From: Thermoplasmatales archaeon
GTDB taxonomy: Archaea; Thermoplasmatota; Thermoplasmata; Thermoplasmatales; GCA-001856825
Direction of reading: 5' to 3'
Length of the DNA stretch: 64,000 bases
NCBI GenBank assembly: GCA_027343225.1
Contig: DAHWMK010000022.1
Span: forward strand, 136,266 to 200,265
Part shown: positions 1-10,285 of the stretch, piece by piece
Numbering within the stretch: position 1 is the stretch's first letter
How the letters are laid out: each line of letters starts with the position of its first letter
Notes under the pieces: model-generated
Databases searched by the model: none
Told to the model about the DNA's origin: nothing
What the model saw: only the letters and a program-made list of their open reading frames with translations
Position numbers and translations under genes: made by a program

Positions 1-1292
1 AACTTCATTCCTCCAAAAGGCATTACATCTACCCTGAAATCTGAGGTGTCATTGATCAATACGGCACCGAAATCCAATCTCTGTATCGATTTCATGGCAA
101 TGTCCAGGTTTTTCGTGTACACCCCAGCCTGCAATCCATAGGGGACATCGTTTGCCATAGTAATTGCCTCTTCAAAATTCTGAACTGGTTGAAGTATTGA
201 AACGGGACCGAAAATCTCGTTGTGCCACAGTCCAAGGTTGTGCTTGACGTTCTTGATGAGCGTCGGGAGATAGAACCGTCCCTCCCTCCTTCCTCCTATC
301 AGGACTTCGGCTCCGTGGCTAACGGCGTTGTTTACTTCCTTTTCAACCCTGACCGCCTCGCTTTCTGCAATCATAGGCCCAACGTCCGTAGAGTCATTCA
401 GGGGATCTCCTACTTTCAGTTTTGCAACTTTCTCCACAAGTCTCTTTGAAAGATCGTCGTAGACATCTTTGTGAATCAGGATTCTTTGAGAGTGAATGCA
501 GTTCTGGCCCTGAGATTCCATTGCCGCATCCACTATAGCATCCGTGGCAAAGTCAAGGTCTGCATCATTCCAGACAATGACGGGGGAATTGCTCCCAAGT
601 TCCATTGAATATTTCTTTATCCCTGCCTTTTTGATCAGTTTGTCAGCTGCCTCGACACCTCCGGTAAATGTGACCATCTTAATCTCTTCGGAGTTCAGGA
701 AAAAGTTTGATACCTCTCCTCCTCCTGGTCCTATTACCGTCTGCATTGCGTTTTCCGGAAGCCCAGATTTGTTGATTATCTCGTTCAGTTTATATGCTGA
801 GTATGGCGTCAAGGAAGCGGGTTTATTGACTATGGAATTACCAGCGGCAAGTGCTGGTCCCACCTTATGTGCCACGAGGTTGAGAGGATCGTTAAATGGA
901 GTGATGGCAAAAACAGGACCAATAGGCACTCTGTTGTAGTATGCGAACCTGTTCTTTCCACGCGATTCAACGTCCATGGGAATGGTCTCCCCATAGATCC
1001 GCTTTGATTCCTCGGCCGAGAAAAGCATCGTTATTGATGCCCTTCGCGCCTCCCCCCTTGAGTATTTTATTGGTTTCCCAGCCTCATTCGCAATTATCCT
1101 TGCGAACTCCTCCCTTCCGTTTTCAAGTTCCTTGGATACCTTCATAAGAGCTTCATATCTTTCAAATGACGGAAGCTCTTTCATTGCTTGGAAGGCCTTT
1201 TTCGCGTTTTCCAAAGTCGTCTTTGCATCCGGTAGGTTCGTATCTCTTAGTTCGATAAACTGATCGCCAGTATACTTATTCTTGACAATCAT
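1..1292 (-). CDS. NAD(P)+-dependent aldehyde dehydrogenase, C-terminus cut by the window edge
   Basis: Absent from the ORF track because it has no stop codon inside the window. Hand translation of the minus strand from ATG at 1292-1290 gives MIVKNKYTGDQFIELRD..., open to base 1. It carries ALDH hallmarks in frame: SMELGSNSP (Met codon 605-603), ESQGQNCIHSQRI (catalytic Cys region, ~481-520) and PFGGMK at the edge. Confidence 0.88.
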   Translation of the reverse strand, partial: MIVKNKYTGDQFIELRDTNLPDAKTTLENAKKAFQAMKELPSFERYEALMKVSKELENGREEFARIIANEAGKPIKYSRGEARRASITMLFSAEESKRIYGETIPMDVESRGKNRFAYYNRVPIGPVFAITPFNDPLNLVAHKVGPALAAGNSIVNKPASLTPYSAYKLNEIINKSGLPENAMQTVIGPGGGEVSNFFLNSEEIKMVTFTGGVEAADKLIKKAGIKKYSMELGSNSPVIVWNDADLDFATDAIVDAAMESQGQNCIHSQRILIHKDVYDDLSKRLVEKVAKLKVGDPLNDSTDVGPMIAESEAVRVEKEVNNAVSHGAEVLIGGRREGRFYLPTLIKNVKHNLGLWHNEIFGPVSILQPVQNFEEAITMANDVPYGLQAGVYTKNLDIAMKSIQRLDFGAVLINDTSDFRVDVMPFGGMK

Positions 1293-1396
1293 ATTCTAAG
1301 ATAGGTCTATCGAAAATATATATTATCTGCTGACCTATGAAGAAAAATAGCAAAACAATGAGTTTCAGTATTCGATTTTAGGTTTGTCTTTGAAAT

Positions 1397-2185
1397 CTAG
1401 AACGGAAACCGCACGACTCCCCCGTCGATTTGTATGTTTGTTCCATTTATGTAGGACGCATCACTTGAACAGAGGAATGAGACCAGGTGACCTATCTCTT
1501 CTGGCTGTCCAAATCGTCTTGCCGGAATACCCTGTCTGATTGCGTCATATGCCTGTTCTATCGAGACATTCATCCTTTCCGCGTTTCGTCTCGCAATATT
1601 CTCTAGACGCGGAGTCATGATGTAACCCTGGGAGATGCTGTTGAACGTTATTCCCTTCTGGGCATACTCAATAGAAAGTACCTTCGAGAGACTGACCACC
1701 GCAGCCCTTAAAGATGCCGAAATCGAAAAATTCTCAAGGGCCTGCTTAGTGGTCAACGAAGTAACGAAGACCACCCTTCCATCCCCTCTGGATATCATCC
1801 CTGGAAGAATACTCTTTATCATTATCACCGAACTTTTCAGGAACATATTAACGCTTGAGTCCCAGTCTTCTTCGGTAATATCCAAAAATGGAGCAACTTT
1901 AGGATCACCAAAATTTATTACCAAAAAATCAACCTTTCCCTCATTCTTATTGATATCGGAGAACATTTTTCTGACATCTTCCGGATTGGTCAGGTCGCAA
2001 GGTGTGACTTCTACTTCTCTACCGGTTTCTTTCTTGATTTCTACCGCAGATTTTTTCAGTTTCTGCTGGTCTCTTGAAGAAATATGTACTTTGCACCCCT
2101 CTGCTGCAAGCACTTTTGCTATTCCCTTTCCGATACCGGAACTGGCTGCTGTTACTATTGCCACTTTTCCTTCCAGGCCTCTCAT
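1397..2185 (-). CDS. Short-chain dehydrogenase/reductase (SDR family)
   Basis: 262 aa. N-terminal Rossmann motif GKVAIVTAASSGIGKGIA, typical SDR length, C-terminal INGTNIQIDGG. Confidence 0.85.
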   Translation of the reverse strand: MRGLEGKVAIVTAASSGIGKGIAKVLAAEGCKVHISSRDQQKLKKSAVEIKKETGREVEVTPCDLTNPEDVRKMFSDINKNEGKVDFLVINFGDPKVAPFLDITEEDWDSSVNMFLKSSVIMIKSILPGMISRGDGRVVFVTSLTTKQALENFSISASLRAAVVSLSKVLSIEYAQKGITFNSISQGYIMTPRLENIARRNAERMNVSIEQAYDAIRQGIPARRFGQPEEIGHLVSFLCSSDASYINGTNIQIDGGVVRFPF

Positions 2186-2684
2186 GCATATCCAAAGGGG
2201 TTCTTTATTATATTCTTTCCTTTTATAACTCCGATCAAACTTAATCTGAGAACATCATTCTATTGCAGGAGCAAATCGAAGTTCCCAGAAAAATGTCGAA
2301 GTCATAATGAGCATCGTCGTTTGATGGAGGTCCGGAGTTGAAATTTTATTGGGGGTATGAACCGGATCCCTCATAAGGGACGTTAAGGATGCGGACTCCT
2401 GTCTAAGTTATCTATGTTCTATTTTGACAGAATGATCACCTATAAATTTACCAAATGGCATATAAGTGTTGAAGGCCCAATAGTCAGTATTTTGATAAAC
2501 GAGATTTACAGGTGATAAGAACCAATAAAGTGGAAAGGACGACCAATCTAGTCAAGCTAGTTCCCCGCTTTCATGACGTCATTCACTGCATACTCCGTCA
2601 TAACTGTGCTCCCTGCTCACGAGAACAATAGTCCAGAAACTATAATCTATGAAGATTAGATGTCGAGCAGATGGGTGAACTCTG

Positions 2685-3014
2685 ATGATCGTAGGAATTC
2701 CAACGGACGACGGAGTAACAGTATCTGAACACTTTGGAAGATCGAGAAGCTTCCTGATCGCTAAAATCGAAAATGGCATCCTAACTGGCAGAAATCTGTA
2801 TGAAAATCCTCACAACAAGGAATCCGACGACAAAGCCGGACACGGGAGGGTGCTAAAACTGTTGACAGACAACAAAGTGAACAAGGTAGTATGCTTCAAT
2901 TTAAACCCGAGAATGCAGGAAAATTTAGAGAGTCTCAAGATAAAGGTTGAAAGATCCGAACTGAACTCAAGAATTGATGACATCCTCCGGAAAGAAGTGG
3001 CAAATCATCATTGA
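2685..3014 (+). CDS. NifB/NifX-like (dinitrogenase FeMo-cofactor-binding fold) small protein
   Basis: 109 aa. MIVGIPTDDG...VSEHFGRSRSFLIA matches the N-terminal HFG signature of this small alpha/beta family. The assignment is by recall only. Confidence 0.6.
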   Translation: MIVGIPTDDGVTVSEHFGRSRSFLIAKIENGILTGRNLYENPHNKESDDKAGHGRVLKLLTDNKVNKVVCFNLNPRMQENLESLKIKVERSELNSRIDDILRKEVANHH

Positions 3015-4027
3015 CCTGGCAAGCTGCTTGAGATTCTTTTGAGGTAATCCTTCACCTCGGTGGCAGGTAGATCTATCACTTTTTCAAAATTTTCTAACAT
3101 TACAATGGAAGATGGGAGGTTGGATTTGGTCAATTGTTCCACGTTAATTCCGACAGGCACGGGTATATGCTTTTCCTCTATTACTGATATTATTTCGCTG
3201 TAAACTCTTAAGGAATTGATCGCAGAACGTCTTGAAGCTTCTCCTAGATCGTTGTTTTCTAAGATATAGTTCTTTGCGTTATCTGGTAATTCCACTGCAA
3301 GGAAGTCGAGCAGGTTAAGGTCGGCAATGCTTCTGATTGGCCCGAAGCTGAAAAGAATAGTTGCAGGCTTGACTCCAGCCACAGCACACTGTCTGTTGTA
3401 TTCACTAATCATATTGATTACCTGAGCACTGTCGAACAGGAGTTGAGTCGTAAAGAACTCTGCACCAGCTAGAGTCTTGAAAAGCATCCTCTTTGCCTCA
3501 TCCTTGCGCTCAGGGAGCGAGATGTTTCCTATCGTTATTTCTTCCTTGTGAAATTCTGACCACAATCTCCTTGCTATGACGTTTGCTTCCGAAACGCTGG
3601 GGCCCGGATATCTATGATGCCTAGTATTACCTCCAACGAAAATCATATTGCTAATACCCAAGGTGTGAGTCTCCTTAATCCATTCGACAAAATTTTCGTA
3701 GTTCTCTATATGGGCCACAACCTTGTTGACCAGAGCGTCGATGTGCAGAATATCGGCCGTTCCTCGAGCCAATGCTCTCGTATAGATGCTATTGTATCTA
3801 GGTTTTCCCTCGTGATTCTCTTCCACTAGTTCTGGAACACTGATAGCATTGAGTCTCGAGAATGAATTTAGGGCAATAGCTAGCTCTTCTTTCCTGCTAT
3901 TGAGGTTTCTAATGATCTTATCGTCGTGGGCTGCGTCACCTGTCTTGTTGTCTCTCAGAGGTAACACCGTGAATATGAGAGGCTTCTTTGCAAGCATCTT
4001 CTTGAAATTGCTCTGGTCACTTCCCAT
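3008..4027 (-). CDS. Methylenetetrahydrofolate-reductase-like TIM-barrel protein (divergent)
   Basis: 339 aa. AGAEFFTTQLLFDSAQV...GVKPATILFSFGPIRS...AVELP resembles the MetF pattern (aGAdf.iTQ..fD ... G..Pi.s ... iP). The remainder is divergent. Confidence 0.5.
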   Translation of the reverse strand: MGSDQSNFKKMLAKKPLIFTVLPLRDNKTGDAAHDDKIIRNLNSRKEELAIALNSFSRLNAISVPELVEENHEGKPRYNSIYTRALARGTADILHIDALVNKVVAHIENYENFVEWIKETHTLGISNMIFVGGNTRHHRYPGPSVSEANVIARRLWSEFHKEEITIGNISLPERKDEAKRMLFKTLAGAEFFTTQLLFDSAQVINMISEYNRQCAVAGVKPATILFSFGPIRSIADLNLLDFLAVELPDNAKNYILENNDLGEASRRSAINSLRVYSEIISVIEEKHIPVPVGINVEQLTKSNLPSSIVMLENFEKVIDLPATEVKDYLKRISSSLPGQ

Positions 4028-4233
4028 TTGGTGTTTAGATACATTTTGTTATTTAAGTGTATCTTAAGTAGGAGGTGTGATGAAAATTAAGAAATGAAAA
4101 TATCAACTTTAGTTGGTAGAACCAGAAACTTCCAAAATTTCGACAACTTAATGGCGGTAATTGGGTTCATCTTTTCGACCTTTTATTGAGATTGGAGAAG
4201 ATGTTCAGGTTTTCCATCCTAGTCTGGTAGAAA

Positions 4234-5445
4234 TCACTTTGATGCGGTAACAGAGCCGGAAATGCTATCAGCGTTCCTACTTATTGCACTTCTCAGAGTG
4301 GGGGAGAAGACCACAAGTGCGATTGCTGCAGCGACTACCACTGGAGTGACGATAAAGAACGGCATCGAAAAGCCATAAGTCCCTGCTATATATCCTGCTA
4401 GAATCGGTGCTATTGCGGCTCCCGCCCATCGAAGGAAATTGTAGGATGCGGAAGATACTGATCTCGAAAATGGGGAAACTTCCATGGCCAGAGAGGTGAA
4501 GGAAGCGTTAGAAATACCGCATAAAACCCCAGAGATAACAATGACTTCCAATCTGTAAGAAGGGTAAAGACCCATCAGAACGAAAAGCATTGCAAAGATA
4601 AAGAGGACCAGCTGTTCAAGCAAGAATCTGTCCATTCTCTTTACCAACCTTGGAACCAAAACAACAGAGGAGACGGCAACCAGAACTCCCCAGAGGAAGT
4701 ACGTTATCCCCAGCTCGAACGTTGTAAGGCCCGATAAGGTCAGCGGAGTATATGCCAGGATTGTGAAAAAACCGAAGTTGTAGCCGAGGGCAATTATTGC
4801 ATTCAGGAAAACTGGTCTGTTTTTGAGGGTCTCTATGATCTCTACAGGAGTTCTCTTCTTCTCTGCCTTTGGCGGCTCTCTAACAAATGTAAGTGTAATT
4901 ATGAAGCCGATAGCCATTAAAGTGGCAGTCCCGAAGAAAGGATATCGCCAATTGTAGGATCCAAGAAGGCCACCAAGAAGTGGCCCTGAAGCTATTCCAA
5001 GGCCAAGTGCTGCCTCGTACACGGTAATTGCGCGTTCAATCCTTCCTGATGATCCAGATGCAACCCCGACTATGATTGAGAGTGCAGTGGAAGTGAAGAA
5101 TGCGTTGCCAAGACCCCATCCTCCTCTAAATACCGCAAATATTCCTATGTTCGGTGAGAGGCCGGAGAGCGTCGCAAAGAGGACAACCACTAGAAGTCCC
5201 GCAATGAGAGTCCTCTTACTTCCGAACCTTGTTGAGAAGTAGCCAGATATGAACATTGATACGGACATCACAGCAATATAGCTGGTGAAAAGCCATTCTA
5301 TTTGGAATGGAGTTGCGCCCATCTCCCTGCCTATGAGAGGAAGAAGTGGATCTACTACACCTATACCCATGAAGGCGATGAATGTTGAAAATGCGACTGC
5401 CAGTACTCCACTTCTTCCTAGCGACTGCACCTTTCGCCAATGCAT
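4234..5445 (-). CDS. MFS transporter
   Basis: 403 aa with about 12 hydrophobic segments and an MFS-like loop motif GYFSTRFGSKRT after TM2. Confidence 0.8.
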   Translation of the reverse strand: MHWRKVQSLGRSGVLAVAFSTFIAFMGIGVVDPLLPLIGREMGATPFQIEWLFTSYIAVMSVSMFISGYFSTRFGSKRTLIAGLLVVVLFATLSGLSPNIGIFAVFRGGWGLGNAFFTSTALSIIVGVASGSSGRIERAITVYEAALGLGIASGPLLGGLLGSYNWRYPFFGTATLMAIGFIITLTFVREPPKAEKKRTPVEIIETLKNRPVFLNAIIALGYNFGFFTILAYTPLTLSGLTTFELGITYFLWGVLVAVSSVVLVPRLVKRMDRFLLEQLVLFIFAMLFVLMGLYPSYRLEVIVISGVLCGISNASFTSLAMEVSPFSRSVSSASYNFLRWAGAAIAPILAGYIAGTYGFSMPFFIVTPVVVAAAIALVVFSPTLRSAISRNADSISGSVTASK

Positions 5446-5551
5446 CTCAAATATTTAACCCGTCTTTGAGCAGTTGGTTTAAGCAAAGGTGTTGGATGCA
5501 TACTCACAACGAAGAACCGTTAAATGGAATGAAGTTTTAATGTTTCCACAC

Positions 5552-6205
5552 ATGAGAAGGAAGTACCTGACGTTTGATTGTTATGGAACTCTTATAGACT
5601 GGAGAAAAGGCATCATCGACAACTTCAAAAAGTTCGCAAATTTTGAAAATTCCCAGAACCTTGATTTGTTCAACAGATATGTTTTATTGGAGGCAAAAAA
5701 CGAGACCAGTTACTCCACTTACAGTAGAGTACTCGCTTCCACGTTTCTGAGCTTGGCCCGCGAGCTTAATCTAAATCCATCGGATAGACAGGCAAATGCA
5801 TTTGCGGGAAGTATTACCAGATGGCCCGCGTTCAGTGACACAAAGCCTACGTTGAAATCTTTGGGGGAGAAGGGGTACAAGAGGATCATTCTCTCAAACA
5901 TTGACCGTGAACTGCTTTCAGAGACTATCCGTCAAAACGAACTAGAGGTCGACGGGTATATCACAGCAGAAGACGTCAAATCCTACAAGCCACAAAAGGG
6001 TCACTGGATTGAGCTTCTAAAGAGATATGACATCAGCAGAGACGACGTCATTCACATAGCTGGAAGCATATACCACGATATCATCCCAGCATCCGAGATT
6101 GGATTCAAAACTATCTGGGTCAACAGATACGGAGATCAGGCTAAATTTAGCGTGGTACCGACATTTTCCGTCAACAGTCTTTCCGAAGTTTTGACCATAC
6201 TTTAA
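5552..6205 (+). CDS. HAD-superfamily hydrolase (2-haloacid dehalogenase-like)
   Basis: The track ORF starts at 5489. I prefer ATG 5552 (MRRKYLTFDCYGTLIDW), which places HAD motif I (FDxYGTL) at the N-terminus. ATG 5540 is also possible. YKPQKGHW and later motifs fit HAD. Confidence 0.75.
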   Translation: MRRKYLTFDCYGTLIDWRKGIIDNFKKFANFENSQNLDLFNRYVLLEAKNETSYSTYSRVLASTFLSLARELNLNPSDRQANAFAGSITRWPAFSDTKPTLKSLGEKGYKRIILSNIDRELLSETIRQNELEVDGYITAEDVKSYKPQKGHWIELLKRYDISRDDVIHIAGSIYHDIIPASEIGFKTIWVNRYGDQAKFSVVPTFSVNSLSEVLTIL

Positions 6206-6279
6206 TTATGCTTTAGTATCACTTGCTGACTTTACTGACTCCAAGCCGAATTCACTTATCTATTACTTCTTAGATCCTT

Positions 6280-6804
6280 TCAGATAGGGAGATTTTCCCA
6301 ATCTATAAGATCTGCATTGCTTGGGGTTCTAACTTCAAGAGCCCCCAACATCTCAGTAAACAACTGGTCTTCTACCTCTACTTTGTTGTCCTTTCGTTGA
6401 AAGGGCTTGTTAAAGAAAGATCCAATTGCAGCCAACCCAACTGCCGTCTGCATTTTCTCCTCGTTAGTCGATATGTCCTTAATCTGGTTGGCAAATTTCT
6501 TAGAGATCTCGTTTTTCTTTACATCTCTAAGAAAATCGTTTACTGTTTCGGTTAGCAGCTTGCTGTGTTCTTCTGCCAGAAGTACTCGCACCTTGTATTT
6601 GGGTGAAAACTCGATGTGGTCACCGGTGACTTTGAACCAGTTTATTGCATCCTTCTCAAAGAAAACAGAAGAAAGTGCGTCTGCTACCTTGTTTGGATTA
6701 GAAAAATCGATACCCTTAGTCAAATTGTATACGACCAGGGAGCCGTCATCTGAGGTCTTCCTCGTGGATAAAATAGCGTTGTACAGATTGCCATCTGCGT
6801 TCAT
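6280..6804 (-). CDS. Hypothetical protein, last gene of the permease-hisD unit
   Basis: 174-aa ORF on the same strand, 110 nt downstream of hisD. No family recognised. Confidence 0.5.
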   Translation of the reverse strand: MNADGNLYNAILSTRKTSDDGSLVVYNLTKGIDFSNPNKVADALSSVFFEKDAINWFKVTGDHIEFSPKYKVRVLLAEEHSKLLTETVNDFLRDVKKNEISKKFANQIKDISTNEEKMQTAVGLAAIGSFFNKPFQRKDNKVEVEDQLFTEMLGALEVRTPSNADLIDWENLPI

Positions 6805-6914
6805 TGTGCGTTATGCGAAATGTGGATATATAAATTGTTCGGGGCAATTTCAGAAGAGACGTAATATTACAAGAATAAAAAAATAAAAATTCTATAGATT
6901 CATTCTGTCAGGAC

Positions 6915-8210
6915 TTAGGTTGGTTTTTTTTGATCCTTCTTATTCATCCGGAGGAAGGCAGATTGTGCATGACCTGCTAGCCCCTCTTTTATACTTTGTC
7001 TGTAAGCTCTGCTAGATAGGTTTTGTTTCGCTTCCTTGCTTTTGACTTTTTGATAAGTCAGTATTTTAAGATAAGAACCAACGGATAATCCGCCAGTGTA
7101 TCTTGCTGCACGATTAGTAGGGAGAGTATGGTTGGTGCCGATGAGTTTATCTGAGAAGACAACAGGAGTGTTTTCATTCAAGAAGAGAGAACCATAATTC
7201 CTGAGGTCCCTAAAAGCAACCTTTTCCAATTCCCTGGACAAATGGAGTTCCAAGTGTTCTGGAGCGTATGAATTTGCATATTCTATCGCTTCATTTATAT
7301 TCTCACACACTACAACAGAACCCTTATCCTTCCAAGAAGTTTTAAGAATTTCTTTGGTCGACAGCGAATCAATGAACTCATCCATCCTGTCCAGTACATT
7401 CCTTGCTAGAGTTTCCGAGGTCGTAACCAAACAGGATCTAGCCGCTACATCATGTTCCGCCTGTGCGAGAAGGTCATACGCTACATTGTCTAGGTTCGCT
7501 GACTCATCCACTATCAATAAAACCTCGCTCGGTCCAGCGAGAAGGTCGATTCCCACTTTTCCAAATACCTGCCTCTTTGCCTCATTTACGTACTTGTTCC
7601 CTGGTCCTATGATTTTATCGACCCCCTTCACGCTCTCCGTGCCATAAGTCATAGCCGCAATTGCTTGGGCACCACCGACAGTAAGGACCTCGGTCGCTCC
7701 CGATTTCACAATACCGTACAAAACCGCTGGATCCGGCCGATCTTTTCCTGGTGGAGTTGATGCAACTATCCGTTTCACACCAGCGACTTTTGCAGGTACA
7801 ATCCCCATCAAGGCCGAAGATAGCAGAGGAAATCTTCCAGCAGGTACGTACACTCCTACCGATTCAATGGGCACAATTTTTTGACCAAGTGTAGTACCGC
7901 CATCATCGACTTCTAGAGCCATGTTTTTGTACATGGATAGCTGGAATTCAGCAAATTTTCGGATCCTCTTTATATTGGTGTTTACCAGTTCCATTGTCTC
8001 TGGGGGAACTCTATCCATGATAGAGGCTATCTCATCTTTCGACATTACAACAGAGCCCAACTTCACTCTGTCATATTTTAAAGTGTAATCTCTAAGGGCT
8101 GCATCACCTCTTTTCCTGACCGACGATATTATTTCGGAGACAAAATTCCTGAGTTCATTCTCTTCCACTTCAGTCTCAAGTCTCTCCAGTTTTATTTCCT
8201 TGCAAGTCAT
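6915..8210 (-). CDS. hisD: Histidinol dehydrogenase family protein
   Basis: 431 aa. Zn and active-site motifs are present: LLAQAEHD, GTNHTLPT, GLAGHAQSAF, plus GPGNKYV. Confidence 0.88.
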   Translation of the reverse strand: MTCKEIKLERLETEVEENELRNFVSEIISSVRKRGDAALRDYTLKYDRVKLGSVVMSKDEIASIMDRVPPETMELVNTNIKRIRKFAEFQLSMYKNMALEVDDGGTTLGQKIVPIESVGVYVPAGRFPLLSSALMGIVPAKVAGVKRIVASTPPGKDRPDPAVLYGIVKSGATEVLTVGGAQAIAAMTYGTESVKGVDKIIGPGNKYVNEAKRQVFGKVGIDLLAGPSEVLLIVDESANLDNVAYDLLAQAEHDVAARSCLVTTSETLARNVLDRMDEFIDSLSTKEILKTSWKDKGSVVVCENINEAIEYANSYAPEHLELHLSRELEKVAFRDLRNYGSLFLNENTPVVFSDKLIGTNHTLPTNRAARYTGGLSVGSYLKILTYQKVKSKEAKQNLSSRAYRQSIKEGLAGHAQSAFLRMNKKDQKKPT

Positions 8211-8214
8211 GATA

Positions 8215-9639
8215 TCACTGATGTTCAGATGTGCCTATTTCTTTGCCAACTTTGTCTAAGTCTTCCTTCTTTCGGTATCTTCCTATTGCTATTGCAACGC
8301 CTATTCCGCTAAGGATTACTGCTATCACCCAATAAGAAGCGATGTTAAGTGGGTAGGATGGGAGCGGGATGAAGACTCCATAAATTGCGAATGCATAGAC
8401 GAACGTAGCGACCAGTGGGAAAATTGCAAAGGGCAAAACTTCCTTCATTTTTGCCTTGAGAGTTCTTGTACCCCAAACTGGGAGTGAGAAGTTAGCAATT
8501 ATATGAACCACGTAAAGAGAAGCACCATTCATCGTGGTTATCACTGCAGCCGCGGTAAATGGTCCCCATATGAGCCCGCCCACTAGTGCGATAATGACAA
8601 CTACAATCATTTCCACTATGATCACTTTGTAGGGAGCACCCGTCCGTTTTGCTACGTGCGAGAGAGCTTTAGGAAACACTATAGAATCTCTGGCCATAGC
8701 AAAACCCGTTCTACTGAGTGCGTTACCTTCTGCGATCCCGTTGGATATGAAGCTGTTGAGAGTGAGTATGATAAATATGGTTGCAGCAACTGGCCCTCCA
8801 TATTTCGCAACTACGACGAACCCTGGGTTAGAAGTAGAAGCAAAATTTCCCATGTTATTAATTCCCCACCCTACCGTAAAAGCATATGTACTCATGATAT
8901 AGGCAAGGGCTGCCATCCCTATGGCTATAAGAATCGCCTTTGGCACTGTCTTCTTGGGTTGTTTCATTTCTTCAGAGAGAGTGATTACAGACCCAACTCC
9001 GACATAACCTAAGATAGCATAAACTGTAGCAAGTCCGACTTGACTGAAGCTATGGCCAGTAAACGTGAATGGAAGGACGGAGTTGGATGGACCCACTTTC
9101 GCGATTATTACTATGGAGATGATTACCAGGAACACTATTTCCAGTACTCCTCCGATCATTGTATAGAAAAGGGATGGGCGCAGTCCGCTCAGTAGGAGAA
9201 TTGTAATTATGAGGAATGGTATGAACATCAGCGGAATCCACCCCAGCGGATTTGATGAAAGGCCCGGAACAATGGGCCAAAGGACGCCAGCAAAAAACAA
9301 GATGGAAAAGCCACTCACGGCACCAAGCAAGTTAAAAAGGTACAGCCAAGATGCAAATATACCAGTTCGGGAGCCAAATCCCGCTCTTATGTAAGAATAG
9401 TAGCCACCAGCGTGAGAAATCCTCTTTGAGAACGCATAGTTCATATACATTGCAGACAGAACGCCTATGACTGCTATGACGTAGGTAATGGGCAACGATG
9501 CCCCCAATATTCCCGCTTCAACTACATAGAAAGATGCCGCGGTGGCAGCAGGAGCAACAAAAGACAGGCTTTGAAAAACGCCAAGCCAAAGACCACCGAC
9601 ATTTTTCCTAAGCTGAGTATTAGAACCTTCGACAGCCAT
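8215..9639 (-). CDS. APC-superfamily amino acid/polyamine permease
   Basis: 474 aa with about 12 TM segments and APC-like composition. It lies 4 nt upstream of hisD. Confidence 0.8.
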   Translation of the reverse strand: MAVEGSNTQLRKNVGGLWLGVFQSLSFVAPAATAASFYVVEAGILGASLPITYVIAVIGVLSAMYMNYAFSKRISHAGGYYSYIRAGFGSRTGIFASWLYLFNLLGAVSGFSILFFAGVLWPIVPGLSSNPLGWIPLMFIPFLIITILLLSGLRPSLFYTMIGGVLEIVFLVIISIVIIAKVGPSNSVLPFTFTGHSFSQVGLATVYAILGYVGVGSVITLSEEMKQPKKTVPKAILIAIGMAALAYIMSTYAFTVGWGINNMGNFASTSNPGFVVVAKYGGPVAATIFIILTLNSFISNGIAEGNALSRTGFAMARDSIVFPKALSHVAKRTGAPYKVIIVEMIVVVIIALVGGLIWGPFTAAAVITTMNGASLYVVHIIANFSLPVWGTRTLKAKMKEVLPFAIFPLVATFVYAFAIYGVFIPLPSYPLNIASYWVIAVILSGIGVAIAIGRYRKKEDLDKVGKEIGTSEHQ

Positions 9640-9781
9640 AAGATGCTAAATATTTCACATCTTATTTAAAGGTGTTTGATAATCTCACGCAACGATAATT
9701 CTGGAAATTATTGTGCAATTTCTTATAAGTTTGGGAAAGGATTGGCCCTAATTTTAAATACATAGGCAAATTAAAGTTCCT

Positions 9782-10285
9782 ATGGCCACACGTAAAAGTA
9801 CAGAACCGGATATTTTTGACTTAAGGCTCTTGAAACAACTCGCCACCGATGCCTCCCAGTCAAACTCTCAACTTGGAAAGAAAATAGGAATATTTTCGGC
9901 ATCTGCCATTAGCAAGAGGAAGAAATCTTTGGGAGAAAAGGGGCTGATAGGAGGGATAAGGGCTTCTCTAAACGTTGAGAAATGTGACCTGAATTATCCC
10001 GTTGTAATATTGGTCAGAGGGAAGTATGGCCTAAACTATGTAGAGACCCTGGGAGAGAAGCTCAAAAAGTTACCAGGAATTCTTTCTATTTATAACGTCA
10101 GCGGCGACATCGATTTCGTGGTATTTGCAGTCTACAGAAACAGAACGGAGTATCTAGCAATTCTAGACAAGCTATATGATATGGGTGAAATAGAAAGAAC
10201 GGACACGAGACAGATATACAAAATAATAAAGGATTTCGACTACTCAAATGCAATAAACCTGAACGGAACAATGTCTTCAAAGTAA
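9782..10285 (+). CDS. Lrp/AsnC-family transcriptional regulator
   Basis: 167 aa. N-terminal HTH (DLRLLKQLATDASQSNSQLGKKIGIFSASAISKRKKSL) and a C-terminal RAM-like domain. Divergent from the permease operon. Confidence 0.8.
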   Translation: MATRKSTEPDIFDLRLLKQLATDASQSNSQLGKKIGIFSASAISKRKKSLGEKGLIGGIRASLNVEKCDLNYPVVILVRGKYGLNYVETLGEKLKKLPGILSIYNVSGDIDFVVFAVYRNRTEYLAILDKLYDMGEIERTDTRQIYKIIKDFDYSNAINLNGTMSSK

